Below are positions 15,778 to 16,363 of a stretch of 16,363 bases of DNA, piece after piece. Each line of letters starts with the position of its first letter. Position 1 is the stretch's first letter. Source of the DNA: Candidatus Nanohalobium sp. (GTDB lineage: Archaea; Nanohalarchaeota; Nanosalinia; Nanosalinales; Nanosalinaceae). The stretch covers positions 1 through 16,363 of the forward strand of contig JBDGSL010000010.1 of assembly GCA_042217555.1 (NCBI GenBank), given 5' to 3'. A program made the translations under genes and the position numbers. Below the pieces are notes generated by a model that saw only the letters and a program-made list of their open reading frames with translations, searched no databases and was not told the DNA's origin.

Positions 15778-16218
15778 ATGAAAGCTCAAATTACAGCAGT
15801 TAAGGAGAACCCGCTTCTCGACAGAAGAGAGGCAGAAGTATCAATCAACCACGAAGGAGAAAGCACTCCTTCAGAAGAAGACGTCAAAAGCAGGGTAGCA
15901 GCAGAAAACGGCCTGGACGAGGAAGAAGTCGAAGTAGATTCCATCTACACAGGCTTCGGAAGAAACACATCAAAGGCCTACCTCAAGATCTTCCAGGAAT
16001 TCGAGTACGACGAAGACCTTCAGGAAGACACGATCGAGGAAGAACCTGTCGAAGTCACACAGGAATACGAGGAAGCTGTCTCCGGAACGATCACAGAAGC
16101 CAAGGAGACACTTCAGGAGATGGACGACGTCGACTGGAACGCAGCAATCAAAGCAGAGAAAGACAACAAAAACCGTACAACACTAATCGACTGGCTGGAG
16201 AGCCAGGCCGAAAATTAG
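15778..16218 (+). CDS. rps24e: 30S ribosomal protein S24e with C-terminal acidic linker and small helical domain
   Basis: ENPLLDRRE....I.H.G..TPS...V, I.T.FG.......KI; position after spt4. Confidence 0.9.
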   Translation: MKAQITAVKENPLLDRREAEVSINHEGESTPSEEDVKSRVAAENGLDEEEVEVDSIYTGFGRNTSKAYLKIFQEFEYDEDLQEDTIEEEPVEVTQEYEEAVSGTITEAKETLQEMDDVDWNAAIKAEKDNKNRTTLIDWLESQAEN

Positions 16219-16241
16219 AAATTTTCTAAGAAAGTCCACAC

Positions 16242-16248
16242 GAGGTGA
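16242..16248 (+). promoter_or_regulatory. Shine-Dalgarno GAGGTGA of rps27ae
   Basis: Strong SD 6 nt before ATC 16255. Confidence 0.65.
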
Positions 16249-16254
16249 GAACTT

Positions 16255-16363
16255 ATCGGAAAACACGCCAAGACACAGGTCTGGGAGAAGTATGAAGAAG
16301 ATGGGAGCAAGAACCACTCACAATGCCCAAGATGCGGCAGCTTCCTCGCAGACCACGAAGACC
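16255..16363 (+). CDS. rps27ae: 30S ribosomal protein S27ae (5' part; probable non-canonical ATC start)
   Basis: Manual translation (I)GKHAKTQVWEKYEEDGSKNHSQCPRCGSFLADHED contains the S27ae motif CPRCG..FLA.H.D; syntenic after rps24e. Confidence 0.85.
   Translation, partial: MGKHAKTQVWEKYEEDGSKNHSQCPRCGSFLADHED

Overview
Archaeal, strongly acidic-proteome (halophilic), gene-dense DNA. It is most consistent with a nanohaloarchaeon (DPANN); this is inferred from the acidic proteins, moderate GC, compact spacing and trimmed operon. Left part: 5' end of a secreted Ig-like surface protein, a decayed flippase-like (LPG-synthase TM) pseudogene divergent from a GT4 glycosyltransferase, an EamA transporter, a CPD-type photolyase with an altered flavin pocket, and trkH-trkA. 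Right part: the conserved archaeal rps6e-aIF2gamma-PIN-rpoE'-spt4-rps24e-rps27ae cluster. It is split between aIF2gamma and PIN by a ~5.2 kb five-gene block: an MscS channel fused to a papain-like Cys-His-Asp domain (C39/phytochelatin-synthase-like), a degenerate and an intact RimK-type ATP-grasp pair, a GCS2-family gamma-glutamyl ligase, and a third convergent ATP-grasp ligase. This block is the best candidate for an undescribed glutamyl-peptide synthesis/processing/export system. Also notable: two 9-3-9 palindromes with identical arms 2 nt before the spt4 and rps24e starts, an rps27ae with no ATG/GTG/TTG (probable ATC start), a hidden 173-codon ORF with a possible ATT start, and an aIF2gamma lacking its zinc knuckle.
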